This document shows, piece after piece, positions 13,225 to 24,084 of a DNA stretch of 64,000 bases. The notes under the pieces were generated by a model. That model saw only the letters and a program-made list of their open reading frames with translations. It was not told where the DNA came from and made no database searches. Numbering within the stretch: the stretch's first letter is position 1; every line of letters starts with the position of its first letter. Source of the stretch: Felis catus (Eukaryota); contig NC_058368.1 in the NCBI RefSeq assembly GCF_018350175.1, positions 189,164,001 to 189,228,000 of the forward strand, read 5' to 3'. A program made the position numbers and the translations under genes.

Positions 13225-13549
13225 GGAGCAATGCTACATAATCACTATAACATATTTTCTTCCTTGGCGTGCGAAGAGACTCCATTTCCCTGCCTCTCTT
13301 GTAGTTACATTTAGATCATCTCATATAATCCAGGCCAATAGGATGCAAATGAAAATGATGTAAGACCTGACCCTTAAAATCATCCCTTGTGATCCTCCAG
13401 ATCTTTCTTCTCCTGCCATGGCAACCTGGAGGCCATGTGTTCATGTGTCATCCCTACATGCATGAATGAGAAATACACTCTTACAGTGTTAAGCCACTGA
13501 GATTTGGCATTGGTCGATTGTGGTAGGTGGCACTAATTTCCCTAATACC
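13225..13549 (+). mobile_element. MLT1J-like MaLR solo LTR
   Basis: 'catttccctgcctctcttgtagttac...ggccaatagga...tgagaaatacact...gttaagccactgagattt'. Confidence 0.7.
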
Positions 13550-14799
13550 ACCTGGAGGAAAACCTGATGTTCCCCAGCTGGTAGGATTCTATTTCCTTTG
13601 TTCAAGAAACCAACTCCACTGAGACCTTAATCTTAATTCTACTTTCCTAGGGGAGGGAGTCTTCCATTAGCTGAAGCCAGGGCAGAGAGCCCACTGCAGA
13701 AATATGGTTTCTCTCCCAGGAAGCATGTGAATTAAGGGAATGAGACAGTCAGTTCTTAGAAAATGGAAGATTTTACATAGATGGGCCTGACAAACAACTC
13801 AGTAGATATCTCTGCTTAGAATCTTCCCAATATACTTCCAGGGGCATTATGGGAGAGAGCCCTACACTGAGCACTTCTGGAAGGTTCTAAGCTCCATTCT
13901 GCCCACGTTGGCCTCTGAATCTTTCCTGTTAATACTGAGACATAAGCAGAGTTCAAAAGAACCACTCCTTTCCAAAGGTCCTTCACCCCATCCCAGTATC
14001 TCTGTCCTGGTTGTCAAGGAAGCTTCTAGCTGTGAAAGGCCACATGGAGAATCAAACCATGAAGCTGTAAGTCATTTTCCATAAGCCACTGAACAGCTGT
14101 CAGATGTTAATGAATTTGACTCAGTACCACCCAGGAGCTGGATTTTGTGGACAAGAAGTGAAAAGCTTCCAAGTCTATGACACAGCTGGTCACGCCCTCT
14201 GTTCCTTGGAGATGAGGTTAATCTTCTGAGGGAGGATGAAGGCTTGCCATCAGAGTATCCTTGGCCACTGGGGCAGATGCAGTGTCCATCCCTCAGTGCT
14301 GTTTTGTAAATGCCTCCTGCCTGTGGAGCTGTAATGCTTTGTAAAGACAAATGCATGTCTGTGGCATCACCCTCTGCTGACAGCTGCAGACAGAGGCAAG
14401 CAGGTCTGATTTGCATGTAGCTCATTTATATGTAGAAGAATCCCCCCACCCCTTTAGGAATACTTTGGACTTAAATGCCAACTATGGAGAGGGGTGATGG
14501 GATTGGGTGGTAGTTTAAAAACATGTGTGTGCATGTTTATTTACATTTTTTTTTTTTTTACAAGAGGGAGGAGTTGGTGGGTGGTAAGACCAGAAAACCA
14601 GCAAAGCACTTTAATAAACCAGTGGACATTCCAGGAAGGGAAGGGCAGATTGATTTAGAACATGGAATTTTGCTTCAGGGAGTGAATAGAACCTCCCCTG
14701 GGAGGATGAGGATTAGACCATAATACGACATGGAGTCTGAAGAGAGATGGATGGTTGACAATAACCCTGCTGTTTCCACTTCCAAAATATGGTTTGAAA

Positions 14800-15500
14800 C
14801 CATCCAATCTCCATATCCATGCCACCTCTTTTGGGCCTTCTGGGCTGTTGTGACAATCTCCTGACTTGTCTTCTTACTTTCATTTTTGTCCACTTTTAAT
14901 CTATTCTCACTAGCAGCCCAAATAATCCATTTAAAATTGGAGTATGAGGCACCCCACCCCCCACCCCGCCCCACCGCCCTTGCCTGAAATCTTCTTAAGA
15001 CTTAGAAGAAAGCCTGTTCCTGGGGTGCCTGGATGGCTCAGTTGGTTAAGCTTCCGACTTCAGCTTAGGTCATGATCTTGCAGTAAACAAGTTTAAGCCC
15101 CACATCAAGCTCTGTGCTGACAGCTCAGATCCTGGAGCCTGCTTTAGATTCTGTGTCTCCCTCTCTCTCTGCCTCTCCTCTGCTCATGCTCTGTCTCTCT
15201 CTCTCTCTCTCTCAAAAATAAATAAAAATAAAAAAAAGAAGAAAACCTGTTCCATATTGCAGGTGTGATTGGGCTGACCCTTGTTTATCTCCTTATCCTT
15301 GTGCCTTGTTCCTCTCTCTCTGTCTCTCTCTCCCTCCCTCACCACCATCCAACCTCACTGGTCTCCCTTCAGTTCTATGACATTACCAAATGTATGCCCT
15401 TCACTGGGCTGTGGCACAGACTGTGCTTTATCTCGCACACCTCAGGTCCTCTGCACTCACTCCTCTGTTTTATCTTCAACATCACCTCCTCAGGGACCAA
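14800..15500 (+). mobile_element. L2 fragment interrupted by a CAN-SINE
   Basis: 'aatctattctcactagcagcc...atccatttaaaat' and 'ccaacctcactggtctcccttcagttc'. Confidence 0.55.
15022..15236 (+). mobile_element. CAN-SINE (felid/feliform type)
   Basis: Head 'ggggtgcctggatggctcagttggttaagc', 'gctgacagctcaga.cctggagcctgct', (CT)n, A tail; 17-bp TSD AGAAGAAA(G/A)CCTGTTCC at 15004-15020 and 15237-15253. Confidence 0.97.
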
Positions 15501-15849
15501 GGTTTAGGTCTTACCTCTGTCCCTTGCCAGCACTGAGGCTTTGAGTGGGTGGCCTGTTCTCCAAGCCTCTGTTTCTTTCTTTGTCATGGTCCCTCCCTCT
15601 TACACTTGGTGTGAGGACAACATAGTGCATGAGAGTTTCCTCAGCTGGTGCCTGATATAGATCAAAGTGCTAAAAAAATGTTAGCTGCTATTATTATTAA
15701 TAATATTCACAGTATTACTATTATTATTATTGTGTAGTTCCATTTAGGTAAGACCTTAAATCCTCCCTGGAGAAGAGTGAACAGGCCTTTCTCATGGTGT
15801 GTATGTGTATTTTTTTCTTTTTTTATTATCATGGTGGTACATAACCCCA

Positions 15850-16330
15850 GCCTTCTGTTCTATTCGTTTTATACCAGACAGCATTTTACCACAAAGAGCG
15901 GCTGTTGTTTCTCTAACGGCAGTCCCACACTTAATGCTTCAATTTCCACATTTTATTTTATATGTAATTTAAAGCCCATGGTGCCTTAATTGTAAAATAG
16001 GCCTTATTAAAATAATAGCTTGAAAACCAGTGGGGCTCCCTGTGCCGAGCAATGAGGGTTTTTAGCTTAACGGCTGTTTACTAGGATTTAAAAAGAGACA
16101 CAACCCAAATAAAGCTGTAAAGACATTTCCAGCGTGAGTGATGGGCCGAGGACCAGCTGATAATTAAGCTCCCTCCTCCCCTTCACATTTTTTTTCTTTT
16201 GGTTGCTGTCTGGAGCTTTCCTTAGAAATCCAAAGCACACCCTTTGCTGCTTTTATGATTGATGAGGCGGTGAGGATGCTTCAGTACGAGTAAGCAACGT
16301 GGTGCTTTGATTAATGATGCTGGTGGGACT
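15850..16330. promoter_or_regulatory. Candidate distal enhancer with PBX-HOX motifs
   Basis: No recognisable repeat; two TGATNNATKR sites, overlapping TTTTATGA, CAGCTGATAATTA, two TAACGGC, locally raised CpG. Confidence 0.45.
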
Positions 16331-16719
16331 CCCAGAAGACCAAACAGAATAACACTGTTATCAGGAAAGCAGCTGAAGCTGCTGAGAGGGACAGCAGCTC
16401 CCAGGCTTGTGTAGACGGTAAAGCCATCCATAGGTAGGGAGGGTCTTTAATTCAGCTGCAACCCAACCTGTCCTTCTGAAGGGCCAGAAGCCAGAGAAGA
16501 GGGGAATGAATGGCATGGTTTTCCAATGAATCCATAGAACTGGCACTGAGCACAGTCAGGTTCCCTGGAAATCTCAGAGTATGAAACACACATGAGCTGA
16601 TAGGAATCTCAGGCTACATCCTAGTCATGATGGATTTTTCCAATGTGATCTTTCTCAGACAGCAATAGTCAGATGAAGAGATTTTGTAGTATAAGAGAAG
16701 TAAATAGCTTATCCATCGA

Positions 16720-16920
16720 ACACTGACTTTACTTGGACTTACACTGAATCTTCATAATAACCATGAGGTGGACACTATTATTCTTCTTACTTTATTGCTA
16801 AGGAAAGCTGGACTCAGAAATACTTTATATAATACAGGTCCACACAGTTCTTGAGCTGTGAGCCAGGACTCGAATCTAAGATGGCCCCATGTCTAAGCTT
16901 GTGCTCTTGGCCCCTTACCA
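16720..16920 (-). mobile_element. MIR
   Basis: 'tgaatcttcataataaccatgaggtggacactattatt...aggaaagctggactcagaaa...gagccaggactcgaatctaag'. Confidence 0.7.
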
Positions 16921-16933
16921 ACTTGGGGTTTCT

Positions 16934-17164
16934 TTTTTTTTTTTTTTTTTAATTTTTTTTTCAACATTTATTTATTTTTGGGACAGAGAGAGACAGAGCA
17001 TGAACGGGGGAGGGGCAGAGAGAGAGGGAGACACAGAATCGGAAACAGGCTCCAGGCTCCGAGCCATCAGCCCAGAGCCTGATGCGGGGCTCGAACTCAC
17101 GGACCGCGAGATCGTGACCTGGCTGAAGTCGGACGCTTAACCGACTGGGCCACCCAGGCGCCCC
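16934..17164 (-). mobile_element. Young felid CAN-SINE (SINEC_Fc type)
   Basis: Near-consensus with CpGs intact ('ggaccgcgagatcgtgacctggctgaagtcggacgcttaaccgac'), long T tract; perfect 16-bp TSD CCAACTTGGGGTTTCT at 16918-16933 and 17165-17180. Confidence 0.99.
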
Positions 17165-17199
17165 CCAACTTGGGGTTTCTAACAAGAGGCAGAGGGATT

Positions 17200-17725
17200 A
17201 TGGGAAGACATCTGACCAGGCTTCAGAATACCTAACTTTTAGGTGCTGCTTCTGCTGCTCACTGTGTGACCGTGGGTGAAATAAGCGTGAGATGCTTATT
17301 TCTCTGTGTCCAAGTGTCCTTGAATAAGAAATAGATACATCCTCCCTCACTCACAGGGTTTTTGCGAGGATCAAATAAATTAACATTTACAAATGCTTTT
17401 TGCAAGGTAAGAACCCCAGTGGACTATTTATTATAGCAAAACTGTCAAGTGAACCCACATAGAAAAGCATTTATAAGGCAAATCAACATTGGAAGAGCCA
17501 AGCAAATTAAGATGCCTGGTTCCTGAGGAACCCAATATAATTTCTAACTCCTAGATGTATGCCTTTGGGTAGGTCACATGATCTCTCCGAATCTCCGTTT
17601 TCTATCCTGTAAAATCAGGTAATAGCCATCTCTCAGCATTATTGTGAGAATTCCATGACACTTTTCCCACAGAGCAACTTAACACTGCCTGGCACACGCG
17701 CTCCCTGATTGTTAGCTACCATTAT
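17200..17725 (+). mobile_element. Two MIR fragments
   Basis: 'ctcactgtgtgaccgtggg...cacagggtttttgcgaggatcaaat' and 'tctccgtttt...tgtaaaat...ttgtgagaatt...ctgcctggcaca'. Confidence 0.65.
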
Positions 17726-18289
17726 TCTTTCTTTTTCTTCAAGACACAGTCCATTCCTCATTACCCAGTCAGGTGGGGCTATATGCCTGACTCTCTGGTT
17801 GTCTCTCTGAAGCTTTGTGGCATTATAGACTGAAAAAGGAAATATGAGTCAAAGAGTGCCTCGAGGCTCCAACACTGTGGTTTTGAAAGTCAATATGCTT
17901 GTCGATAGCAAAACTCATGGCCTCTCCAGGGACCGGCCCATGCTGGTGCTGCTGAATGCTATAAGCCCTGCACAGAGAAGCTTCATGGTGGTACGAAATG
18001 CTACCCAGAGAAAGGGCTGTGTCACTGTCAGGCCAGACTATCTGTAGCCTCCCTTCTTCACAGGGATTTGAGCACAAGGCAAGCCAGACAGCCCCGGCCA
18101 CTGCCACGCTCATACAGTGGCTGGAAATGCCACCCTTCATGCCTGTGTGGCCCTTCACACTTTACAAAGTGTTTTCACATCCCACGTGCTGGACAGTGCG
18201 TGGAAAAACCAGGGAAAGCCACAGAGCCGTCACTCTGGATCAACCTGGACCCATATTGCAAAGCCAGAGCGTAAATTGTGCCCACTTGC

Positions 18290-18610
18290 ACAGACGGTGA
18301 AATCAGACAGCCCTGGGTTTGAATCATGGTTTTGCCTTTTCTGAGATCTGTGATATTGGTCAAGTTCCTTAAGTTCTCGACTAGCTTTTCCTTCTATAAG
18401 GAAGCAGCTAAGTGGAGTGGCTCAGAAAGCATCTCTGGCATTGGAGCGCCTGGGTTCAAATTAACAGTCTGTGAATTCTCAGATAATAGACTGCTTTCCC
18501 TATCCATAAAATGAGAATAAGAGGTCTGCCGTGGGGATGAAATAAAATTAAAAATATACATAAAGTCCTTAAAGTAGTAGCAAGCATTAAATAAATGTTG
18601 GCTGTTGTTC
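18290..18610 (+). mobile_element. MIR fragments
   Basis: 'aatcagacagccctgggtttgaatc...tgtgatattggtcaagttccttaag' and 'ataaaatgagaataa'. Confidence 0.65.
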
Positions 18611-18611
18611 T

Positions 18612-18920
18612 TGTCAGGGTGAATCAGGCTCTGCTCCAGTGGAAAATAAACCTTGAGAGCTCAGTGGATTAGCATAATAAAAGTTTATTTCTCACTCAGG
18701 CAGGGGAGGGATTTCTTCTCTATCAGGCAACTCAGGGATCTGGCATGTTTCCCTCTGCCCACACAGCCCTGTGTCTGTGGAGTTTGCCATGGCAGAAAAA
18801 AAGGTGAAGGAGACACATGGCTCTTACGTCCCTCGGCACAGACACGGCTCCTAGCATTCCCACGCACAGTGCCTCCACCCAAGATGGTCTATCACCCAAC
18901 CTCACCGCGAAGGAACCAGT
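18612..18920 (-). mobile_element. Old MLT1-type LTR fragment
   Basis: 'ctcagtggattagcataataaaagtttatttctcactca...actcagggatc'. Confidence 0.55.
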
Positions 18921-19389
18921 TGTTACCGTAAATTAGGCTAAGTGCCGAAAGCACATTGTTGTTGTAAAAAGATTAAATGACAATATGTATGGAATGTTTA
19001 GCACACTTCTTGGCTCATGGTTAGTGCCTGTTGTGTGCTCTGGTGATAGGTATTACTTCTGACTCAGTGCCCGTCTGACTTGATTTAGTGCAATTCTGAC
19101 TTGGATTAAACCACTGGTCATTCCTGCTCAGGGTCCACTGCAGGTACCAGATTCTCTTAGTAGTCTTGGTTTTCTCTCATGTTTATGCATGGGTCCCTAC
19201 CTATCTGCATATTTTTTTCCCTCTTTCAGCACCCCCAGGGTGTCCAGCACCCTCAAGCAGACCCCTGGTTTATCAGTGCTTTTTATTGTGACATTCAGCA
19301 AGTAACAGCTTCAATGTCACACGATAATTTTTGATGTTCAAAGTGTTCTCATTGTATTGATTGTGACACTGTACCAATTCGTACAGGAA

Positions 19390-19612
19390 GATTTGATTGA
19401 GTGCCCAGCATCTGCCAGGAATTGGACCAGGCACTGAAGCTCACAATAATCCTGGGAGGTCAGTCAGAATTCTCAGTCTTGTTTCATATGAGCACACTGA
19501 AGCTCAGAGAGGTTAGGGAACTACCTGGAGCCACACAGCCTGTATGACATGAGGGCTGACTCAATTCAGGATGACTCCCTATCCCTATCAAGAGCCCTTT
19601 CCACTGTCCTCC
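19390..19612 (-). mobile_element. MIR
   Basis: 'actgaagctcagagaggttagggaactacctggagccacacagc'. Confidence 0.75.
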
Positions 19613-20129
19613 CAAGTCCCGCTATTCACTTCTGTGCATTCTCAGAAGAAGTTACACACATCGTGGGCCTTTCTTTCCTAAGTCTTATTTATGTCCTTCC
19701 CTTCAACAACTTAAACTTGAAAAATGTATTAATTTGAGATAAATCCCTGCAGAAAACAAGGGCTTAACATATCAAGCCTTTCTGGGGCATTGTATGGCAG
19801 AAGATATACTGTCTTGGCCCAGAGCCTGCTGACCACTAATGTTGGAAGTCAGGCAGGCACTCACCCTGGTGCTGGGAGCACCATTCTGAGTCAGGGATCA
19901 GTACTGGGGAGTGCCCCCGACTAAAAGCACGTAAGCAACAGATTTCCATCCAAATAAAAAGGCTGATCTTTCCCACCTCAGTGGCAATATCCAAAAAGTG
20001 AAGACTCAAATGATCGTTGAACTCAAGGAACTTATGTTCTCAGTAAGGATCCAGGACCAACATACACAACGAAAGAGGATCACATGGATTCTCTCTCATG
20101 AATACTCTTTTTTATGCTTTGTAGCTCCC

Positions 20130-20342
20130 ATTCTTGGAGTGCAGATTCCTGTGTCAGGTATTTTAGAAATATTATCTTAGATCCTCACAACCAGCACAAG
20201 GTCAGGATTATTTATCCTCATTTTCCCATGCAGATGAGGACACTGAGACTCAGAGGGGTTAAAGTGACTGGCCCAAGCCACACACCAAGTGTCCACGTTG
20301 GAATATAAACCGACTCCTAAACGCATCACTTTCCATACCACC
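20130..20342 (-). mobile_element. MIR
   Basis: 'atcctcacaac...cagatgaggacactgagactcagaggggttaaagtgactggcccaagccacac'. Confidence 0.85.
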
Positions 20343-20561
20343 ATACGACAGCAAGGTGCCATGAAACGGATTGGCTATGAAAGTATCTGAGAGGTGGGCT
20401 GTTTTTCTTAGGGAGGTCCCCAGGGCCCTCACATGTCAATATGGAATCTCAAAGGCTAATGGAGAGATGGGAGAAGGGAAGGCCAGCTAGGCAGGACTCT
20501 GCTTCTACCAGAGAAATTTCACTTTTGTATTTTCCACACTGGGTTTTCTTGTATGTATGTT

Positions 20562-20563
<2 letters not shown>

Positions 20564-20606
<43 letters not shown>
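20564..20606. repeat. (TG)~21 microsatellite
   Basis: Read directly. Confidence 0.97.
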
Positions 20607-20609
<3 letters not shown>

Positions 20610-20810
20610 ATTTTTGTTGAAAATATGTGCTCTACTGCAGAAGACAGAGAAAAAGAAGGTAAAAAAGAAAACTTAAAAAGAGAATTAAACAGTTCTCTGA
20701 GGCCAGTTTTTGTACCATGGCCTCAATTTTAAGAACTAGACTTTAAGGCCCAGGAAATGAAAAGATTTGCCTAATGGTCAGAGTTCTAGGTGACAGACTA
20801 TGGTTTGGAG

Positions 20811-21029
20811 CGGGCTTGGCACCTCTTTTCTGTAAAAGGCAGGATGATAAATTTTTCAGGATTTGCGAACAGGCAGTCTCTTCACAAGTATCCAACTCTG
20901 CCATTGTAGTGAGAAAACAGCCACAGACAATACATAAACAAATGAACATGGCTGTGTTCCAATAAACTTTATTTACAGAACAAGCTGAGGGCTGGGTTTA
21001 GCCCTTGGGCCATAGTTTGTAGACCTCTG
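20811..21029 (+). mobile_element. MER58A (hAT-Charlie MITE)
   Basis: 'ttttctgtaaa...caactctgccattgtagtgagaaaacagccacagacaatacataaacaaatgaacatggctgtgttccaataaactttatttac...catagtttg'; degenerate 8-bp TSD gtttggag/gtttagaa. Confidence 0.92.
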
Positions 21030-21382
21030 GTTTAGAACAAAGGATTCTTGACTAGTTAGCACTTCTTCTACAAAAACAAAGCTTCTTCCTTAATGACAGA
21101 TGAATTGTACACCCCTGTTGTTTTCTTAATGCTGAGGAAAAATTGAAGATCAAAGTGGGAAAGTGCATGAGGATTTAATAAAACAAAGCATGGGTAAACA
21201 GTAAGATAGACATTAGACATGTTAGCCTGGTTGGGGGCAGAGCTCCCAGGATGGGGAATAAAAGAGAATCATAAATAAGTGATTTAAAGAAAGAGCCTTG
21301 CCCTGATGATGATATTAATGTGTCATGAACTAAGAAGTGTGACTAACTCCAATTTCTGCAATCAAGGTCTAAAATAAATTAA

Positions 21383-21511
21383 TATATTTTGGAACTTAAT
21401 GGAAGTGATGGTTGTACAACATTGTGAATGTACTAAATGCCACTGAATTGTATGCTTTGAAGTGTGGTCAATTTTATATTATATGAATTTCACCTCAGCA
21501 AAAAGATTTCA
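21383..21511 (+). mobile_element. Short 5'-truncated L1MB-like 3' end
   Basis: 'gtgatggttgtacaacattgtgaatgtactaaatgccactgaattgta...atatgaatttcacctca'; flanked by AAAATAAATTAA at 21371-21382 and 21512-21523 (probable TSD). Confidence 0.85.
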
Positions 21512-22110
21512 AAAATAAATTAAGTAAACAACAAAGTAACAACAAGTAAACAACAAAACACTTGAAAATGAAGTGGCATGGTTCTATGTGGTTAACCCTT
21601 CACCTTGCTTCAGGCCCTAGGGTTTCCCTGGGATGGGTGAGGAAATCATCTACTATGCCAAGAGGTGGCATGGTATGAGTTTTCATTTTCCTGATTGGTG
21701 TCACATAGATCTGTTCTTATTCATAGTTTCTTTGGTCCACAGTAAGATGCAGGTCGGTATGTGTACCATTTGGGGTTGATATGGTCATTAAATGAGATTC
21801 TTATATAACCAGTTAAATCTAGGAATTTTTCAATAAATGCAGTTTTTATCGTACTTTGTCTTTCTTTTTTAAAACTGAAAGAGTAGGAGTTAGTCATTTC
21901 AAAGGATAATGGAGAGAACAGTGTTCTAGTAAAGGGAACAGCATATGGAAAGTCATGATGGGCTCTAGGAAAAGAAGAAGTCTATTTGACTCAAAGGGAG
22001 GGTGATGAAATATAGAAGCTACAGAAAAAGCACAAACTGGACTGGGAAGGACCTGATAAACAGGGTTTATTTGTTTGGTTGTTAATCAGAGTCAGGAACA
22101 AGTTAGCTTA

Positions 22111-22311
22111 TTTTTTTTTTCAGTTTATTTATTTATTTTGAGAGAGAAAGCATGATCAGGGGAGGGGCAGAGAGAGAGGAGAAAGCAAGAATCCCAAGCA
22201 GGTTCCACACTGTCAGCACAGAGCCTGGTGTGGGGTTTGAACTCATGAACTGTGAGATCATGACCTGAGCCAAAGCTGGATGTTTAACCAACTGAACCAC
22301 CCGGGTGCCCC
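22111..22311 (-). mobile_element. CAN-SINE
   Basis: Reverse head 'aaccaactgaaccacccgggtgcccc', 'tgagatcatgacctgagc'; degenerate TSD agttag(c/t)ttattttt. Confidence 0.95.
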
Positions 22312-22704
22312 AATAGTTAGTTTATTTTTAAAGGGTCACTGCAGCATTAATATAGAAGCAGAAGGGAGAAAGTCAGTGACAAGGGTAAAACTGAGGAAAT
22401 AGATGAGAGGGACTGAACATGGATGATGCAAGGGGTGAAGATGGGGTAAGAGTCCAGGATGTTGCCTGGTTGCTACTTTGGGTCCCTGGAGAGGTGGTGA
22501 TAGTTGTCACTAAGATGGAGAACATAGCAGGAAGAGTAGGTTTATGAAGCCAAGATGATGAGTTCAGATTCAGAACATTACATCTGAAAGGTCCTAATGT
22601 CTTTATTTTTGAGAAACTTGTGGCTTTCGTCCATTTACTCATTCATTCATTAGTTCATTTGTCCATAATTTATGGAGCTCTCTGTATGTTACAGGCAGTA
22701 TACC

Positions 22705-23212
22705 TATACTTATTTTCTATTGCTGTGTAACAAACTACCCTTTAAATTTCATAACTTAAAACAACGAACATTTATTATCTAATAATTCCTGTGCATCAGT
22801 AATCAAAGGATTATCTGGGTGGTTTTGGCTTACTACCCTTAACAAGGTTGCTATAAGACATGGACAAGGGCTGCAATCATATGAAGGCTCGACTGGTGCC
22901 GGTGGACCTGTTTCCAAGGTGAAATAGTCACATGGCTATTGGTAAGAGGCATTGGTTCTTGCCAAGTGGGCCTCTATTTAGTGCTCTCATGAAGCAACCA
23001 CTGGCTTCCCCCAGAGCAAATGATCACAGAGAGAGAAAGAGAGAGAGAGAGAGAGAGTTAGTAGATCTAGTTCCTCAAATGTCAGTTTCACCTTATTCTA
23101 ATTTGTTAGAAACAAACCACTAAGTCAAGCCTACACTCAAAGGTAAGGTATTACATAAGAGCATGAATACCAGGAGGTGGGATCTTTGGGAACCATCTTA
23201 AAAGCTACCACA
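22705..23212 (-). mobile_element. MLT1F-like MaLR solo LTR
   Basis: 'ttttctattgctgtgtaacaaactacc...cttaaaacaac...ggggctgcaatcatatgaaggctcgactgg...catgaataccaggaggtgggatc...ctaccaca'. Confidence 0.85.
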
Positions 23213-23519
23213 TTGCCTTAGCATGAGCTCTGGTGATAAAGTGATGAGCTAAAGATCCATCTAACATAGTCTAGCAAGAGAAACAGATATATATCAAATT
23301 ATTATGTACATAAAATATAACAGACTACTAGGATAAGACAATGAAGGAAAAGATACAGTAACTTATGAGAGGTATGTAACTGGGGCACTCAACTCAAGAG
23401 GGAATGGAGGGATAGGAATTCATTTGTGAGAAAATTAACACTTTTGTTGAGGCTTAAAAAAATACATTGTAATGTTAGGTCAAAAAAATTATGGTTGCCA
23501 CAAAATGGTAAGTGTAAGA

Positions 23520-24084
23520 TTACAGTATGACACAGCAATTCCACTCCTAGGTATATACCCAAACGATGCAAATATAAAATAAGTGAATGTATGTATGTAT
23601 GTGAATGTTCATAGAAGCATTACTCACACCAACTAAAAAAGGAAACAACTCAATTGTCCATCAACTGATGAATGGAAAAACAAAATGTGGCATATCCACT
23701 TGACAATAAGAAAGAACAAAATATTGATACATGGTATAATGTGGACTGACCTTAAAAACATTATGATAAGTGAAAGAAGTTAGACACAAAAGGCCACATA
23801 TTGTGTAATTCTATTTGTATGAAATGTCCACAATAGGAGGCAGAATAGGGCCACAAAGTAAATCAATAATTGCTTAAGCCTGGAGGTGGAGGAGGCTGGG
23901 GGGAAATGGGAAATGACTCCTGATCGTCAGGGGATTTCCTTTTGGGGTGATAAAGTGTTTTAAAATACATTGTGGTGATATTTGCACAACTTTGTGACTA
24001 TATTAGAAACCACTGAATTGTACACTTTAAATGGGTGAATCTACGATATGTGAAGTATTTCTCAATAAAGATGTTTAAAAAAAA
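23520..24084 (+). mobile_element. L1MB-like ORF2 end and 3' UTR
   Basis: 'cagcaattccactcctaggtatataccc', 'tgtccatcaactgatgaatgga', 'aagtgaaagaag...acacaaaaggccacatattg', 'ccactgaattgtacactttaaatgggtgaat', 'ctcaataaag' plus A tail. Confidence 0.92.

Noticed and set aside
16889..17185. ORFs that would probably hit hypothetical carnivore proteins (also 53789-53980, 40733-41230, 46286-46693)
   Set aside because: They are translations of CAN-SINE sequence, a common source of spurious annotations
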